DNA from: Psilocybe cubensis
Taxonomy: Eukaryota
Direction: 5' to 3'
NCBI GenBank assembly: GCA_017499595.2
Contig: CM039007.1
Coordinates: forward strand, 2,666,001-2,730,000
DNA length: 64,000 nucleotides
The position numbers and the translations under genes were made by a program. Below the pieces are notes generated by a model, which searched no databases, had not been told where the DNA came from, and was given only the letters and a program-made list of their open reading frames with translations. Positions 61,429-64,000 of this stretch are shown here, in pieces (within the stretch, counting starts at the first letter, position 1; every line of letters starts with the position of its first letter).

Positions 61429-64000
61429 GAGTCACCAACCCTTCTACACGATACCACTATCTAATTTAGGTGCGACGGTTTCTATACGCGGTTTCTCGTC
61501 CGCATCTGAATACCCCACCAGATAATTGTTGAGTTTTATGTCTGTTCGTTAAACCCAACATCACATCGTTTTCCCCATCGTCGTCGTCCCTACTATTTAA
61601 AACGCAAAACGGTGATATCAGGATCGATGAATGCATGTGCCTTCGAACTCTCCATATACGTGGACAGCAATAACCATATCGTAATGGCAAGATTCGCTTG
61701 AAATCTCTGTCGCTTCGAAGAATATTTTTACAACCTGCTAACCCTGTCTATCTCTTTTATCTTGAGGGACTCGCAACTATAGCGTGTCATCCTAATTTTT
61801 AAGAATGATGCTTTGGCGCCGAGACTAACCTTTTACTGATACATCGGCATTCCTTGTTTTTCTTTTGCAGTGCTGACATCATTCTGACTGAGTCGGAACT
61901 CACTTCTTCAGACCGACATCAATTGACGCTCATTGAGCCTTCAATATGTATCACGGAAGCGCTTTTCTTGGGTGTTCCTACTTGGCGTCTACCTTGGAAT
62001 GATTATCGTTCTCATGGTATGTTTCACCCTCGAGCAGATATTGTGGCGAATTCAGGACAACTGATGTCCCCTTTTCTAATTTTCTTCTTCTAGGATGTAT
62101 TCAGTGTCGAAACACGCTTTACCTTCCGCGATTCTTCACTTCTAGTTTTCCTTTCACGTTAGCAACAGTACACGCACCAGCGTCATTGTAATCGACCTAC
62201 CTGATGGAGTGGAAGAACGTCTTCAAGCTTCCGAAGCGCACATAGTCTACTTCGAACTGCCTTGGGCGCAGTGGGAACAAATACAAGGATATGTTATCGG
62301 CGTCGGCGCTGCGGCTTTGGATAGAACGGGAAGCAGGTCGCGCGAAGTAGGATACGGCGGCAAGGTAATAGTGCCGAGCACTTGTACTAGTTCGTGATGG
62401 CTGTTGTTTTCCTAATGGGTGGCTGTGCTTACAAGCTTTAGATGCGCTTGAACGCTAATTGAGGTACTGAGCATTGGACTTTCGTTGTGATTTCACTTCA
62501 AACAGAAAATGCTTTTCTTTATTAACTTTTGTTGTCAATCGTTTGAAAAGGAGACTGGATGTCAGAGAATATCGATACATGGCCGCCACATAATGCAAGG
62601 TCTAACTGAAAGCTTAGTGGACTTCGGTTGTTTAATGCCCCTCCTCCGAGTAAGCAGACGTATTGTGTTAATTTTGTGTGGGATATTTGGCCTAATATTG
62701 TTATAGCTTCCTTATTGTCAGTCCTGTTGTGTCATCAGAGACGAGCGCTGTTGCAGCTATTTATTGTAACTCAATGAATGCTTTGTAGGAAACAGGGAGG
62801 AGCCGGGCGTTATGCGATAATTTCGTCAGCGCGAATAAAGCGACACTGAAATCAGTAAGGGGTAGGCAGCGGTGATAGCCCACATGAATCAAACAAGAGT
62901 TGCGTATTTTCCTCCCCAAAATTGAGTAGTCGCAATCTAGTGCAACGCCTATCTAATCAAAGGTTTACAGGGACGATCAGAAATTAGGATCGAATAGAAA
63001 GCGGGTGTGAAGAATGAATTTTAATCTCGCCCAAAGGCCTTGGTTCCTTGCATTGCTTCCTTGTGCCCGTACTGCTGAATACAAGGATGAGTTCTTGGCC
63101 AGCCTCGAGGCGTACAAGCGATCTTCGCTTTTGGCTCGGGGCCGTTATTTTATGTTTTGTTATGTATCGGTGTCGCTTCGTCGATTTTTTTTCTTTTTTC
63201 TGGATGCAACTTCAATGACCTCTATATACAGATTCTTTGACCTTACAAACATGATTTCAAGGCCAGAGTGCATACATATGGTTGTCGTTGTGCTCAATTA
63301 GTAGTATGACTTGAGTATAACTCAAAGCTGAACATATACTTACTAATATACACGCTCGCGCACAGATACCCAAAGTCCGACCCCGTCACTTCAAACACCG
63401 ACATCTAGAAGAAAGAGAAGAAAACAATGATATTTCTCGAATTCCCGAGTCAACTTATCGCGCGTTGTGAATCATGATCATATGATAAGATGCGATAATT
63501 CGCTAGCGACCATATTCTGCCAATGTCATTGTCATTGCCATACCCCTTTCCATTCTATTTCTGTGATGGGAGGCTAGTGCTAGCGATGGGGTTCGATTTT
63601 TACTCTATTGGTTCCATCTGCCCAACCCCACACCCATACAGCAATACTTGCAAACTTGACATAGCCCCAAATTTAGGCATGTCAATCTTATCCCCGGATG
63701 CGAAAATCGCGGGTTTGAATACGTTGTTGCATCCGATGGACCGTAGAAATTTCACTCCAACGCCGGTGTTTGATATGGAAGGAAGGGGTGGTGTTTTGCT
63801 TTATATTAGGGATTAGCTGGTTATTGTTGGAGTTTTAAATTCGGATGCGCGCGCGTCCTTTGTGGTTTTTCTTTTCACTCTTCTGTACTTGACTCTCAGG
63901 TCGTTGCCGTATATCCAGCATCCTTCGGGCTCGAGGCCACGATACAACTCTCCCTCTTCATTTCACGCCTTAAGGGTGTACATCTCATACTGGGTGATCG

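Noticed and set aside
61730..62500. CTAACCCT (telomerase-template-like) and C/D-box-like motifs in the ORF-poor region after QCR6
   Set aside because: An 8-mer is expected by chance in 64 kb and also resembles a branch point. I could not support a pseudoknot or an rRNA guide by eye; an Infernal/Rfam search would be needed.

Overview
Eukaryotic, intron-rich fungal DNA, most consistent with an agaricomycete (basidiomycete). Host genes: two tandem PalI/Sur7-like genes, two tandem Ser/Ala-rich GPI-type cell-wall genes, ARPC5, a NACHT-ankyrin NLR-like gene, a secreted DUF5648-like protein, an OPT transporter, an F-box gene, an intron-containing tRNA-Gly(TCC), a C2H2 zinc-finger gene, an intronless membrane protein, a small 8-Cys secreted protein, a carboxylesterase and QCR6. 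Recent transposition is extensive. A Ty3/Gypsy element sits in an intron of a PalI gene. Two near-identical 7.6 kb Plavaka-type DNA transposons (15 bp TIRs, 2 bp TSDs) split the NLR gene and the zinc-finger gene, and there are two MITE-like hairpins. The most unusual element is nested in the second Plavaka copy: a 1583 bp LTR element with identical-looking 277 bp LTRs, a 5 bp TSD, a polypurine tract and an 11 nt Tf1-type self-priming site. It has no gag/pol, and its main ORF encodes a KH-domain (RNA-binding) protein. All coordinates and alignments were read by eye; no database searches were run.
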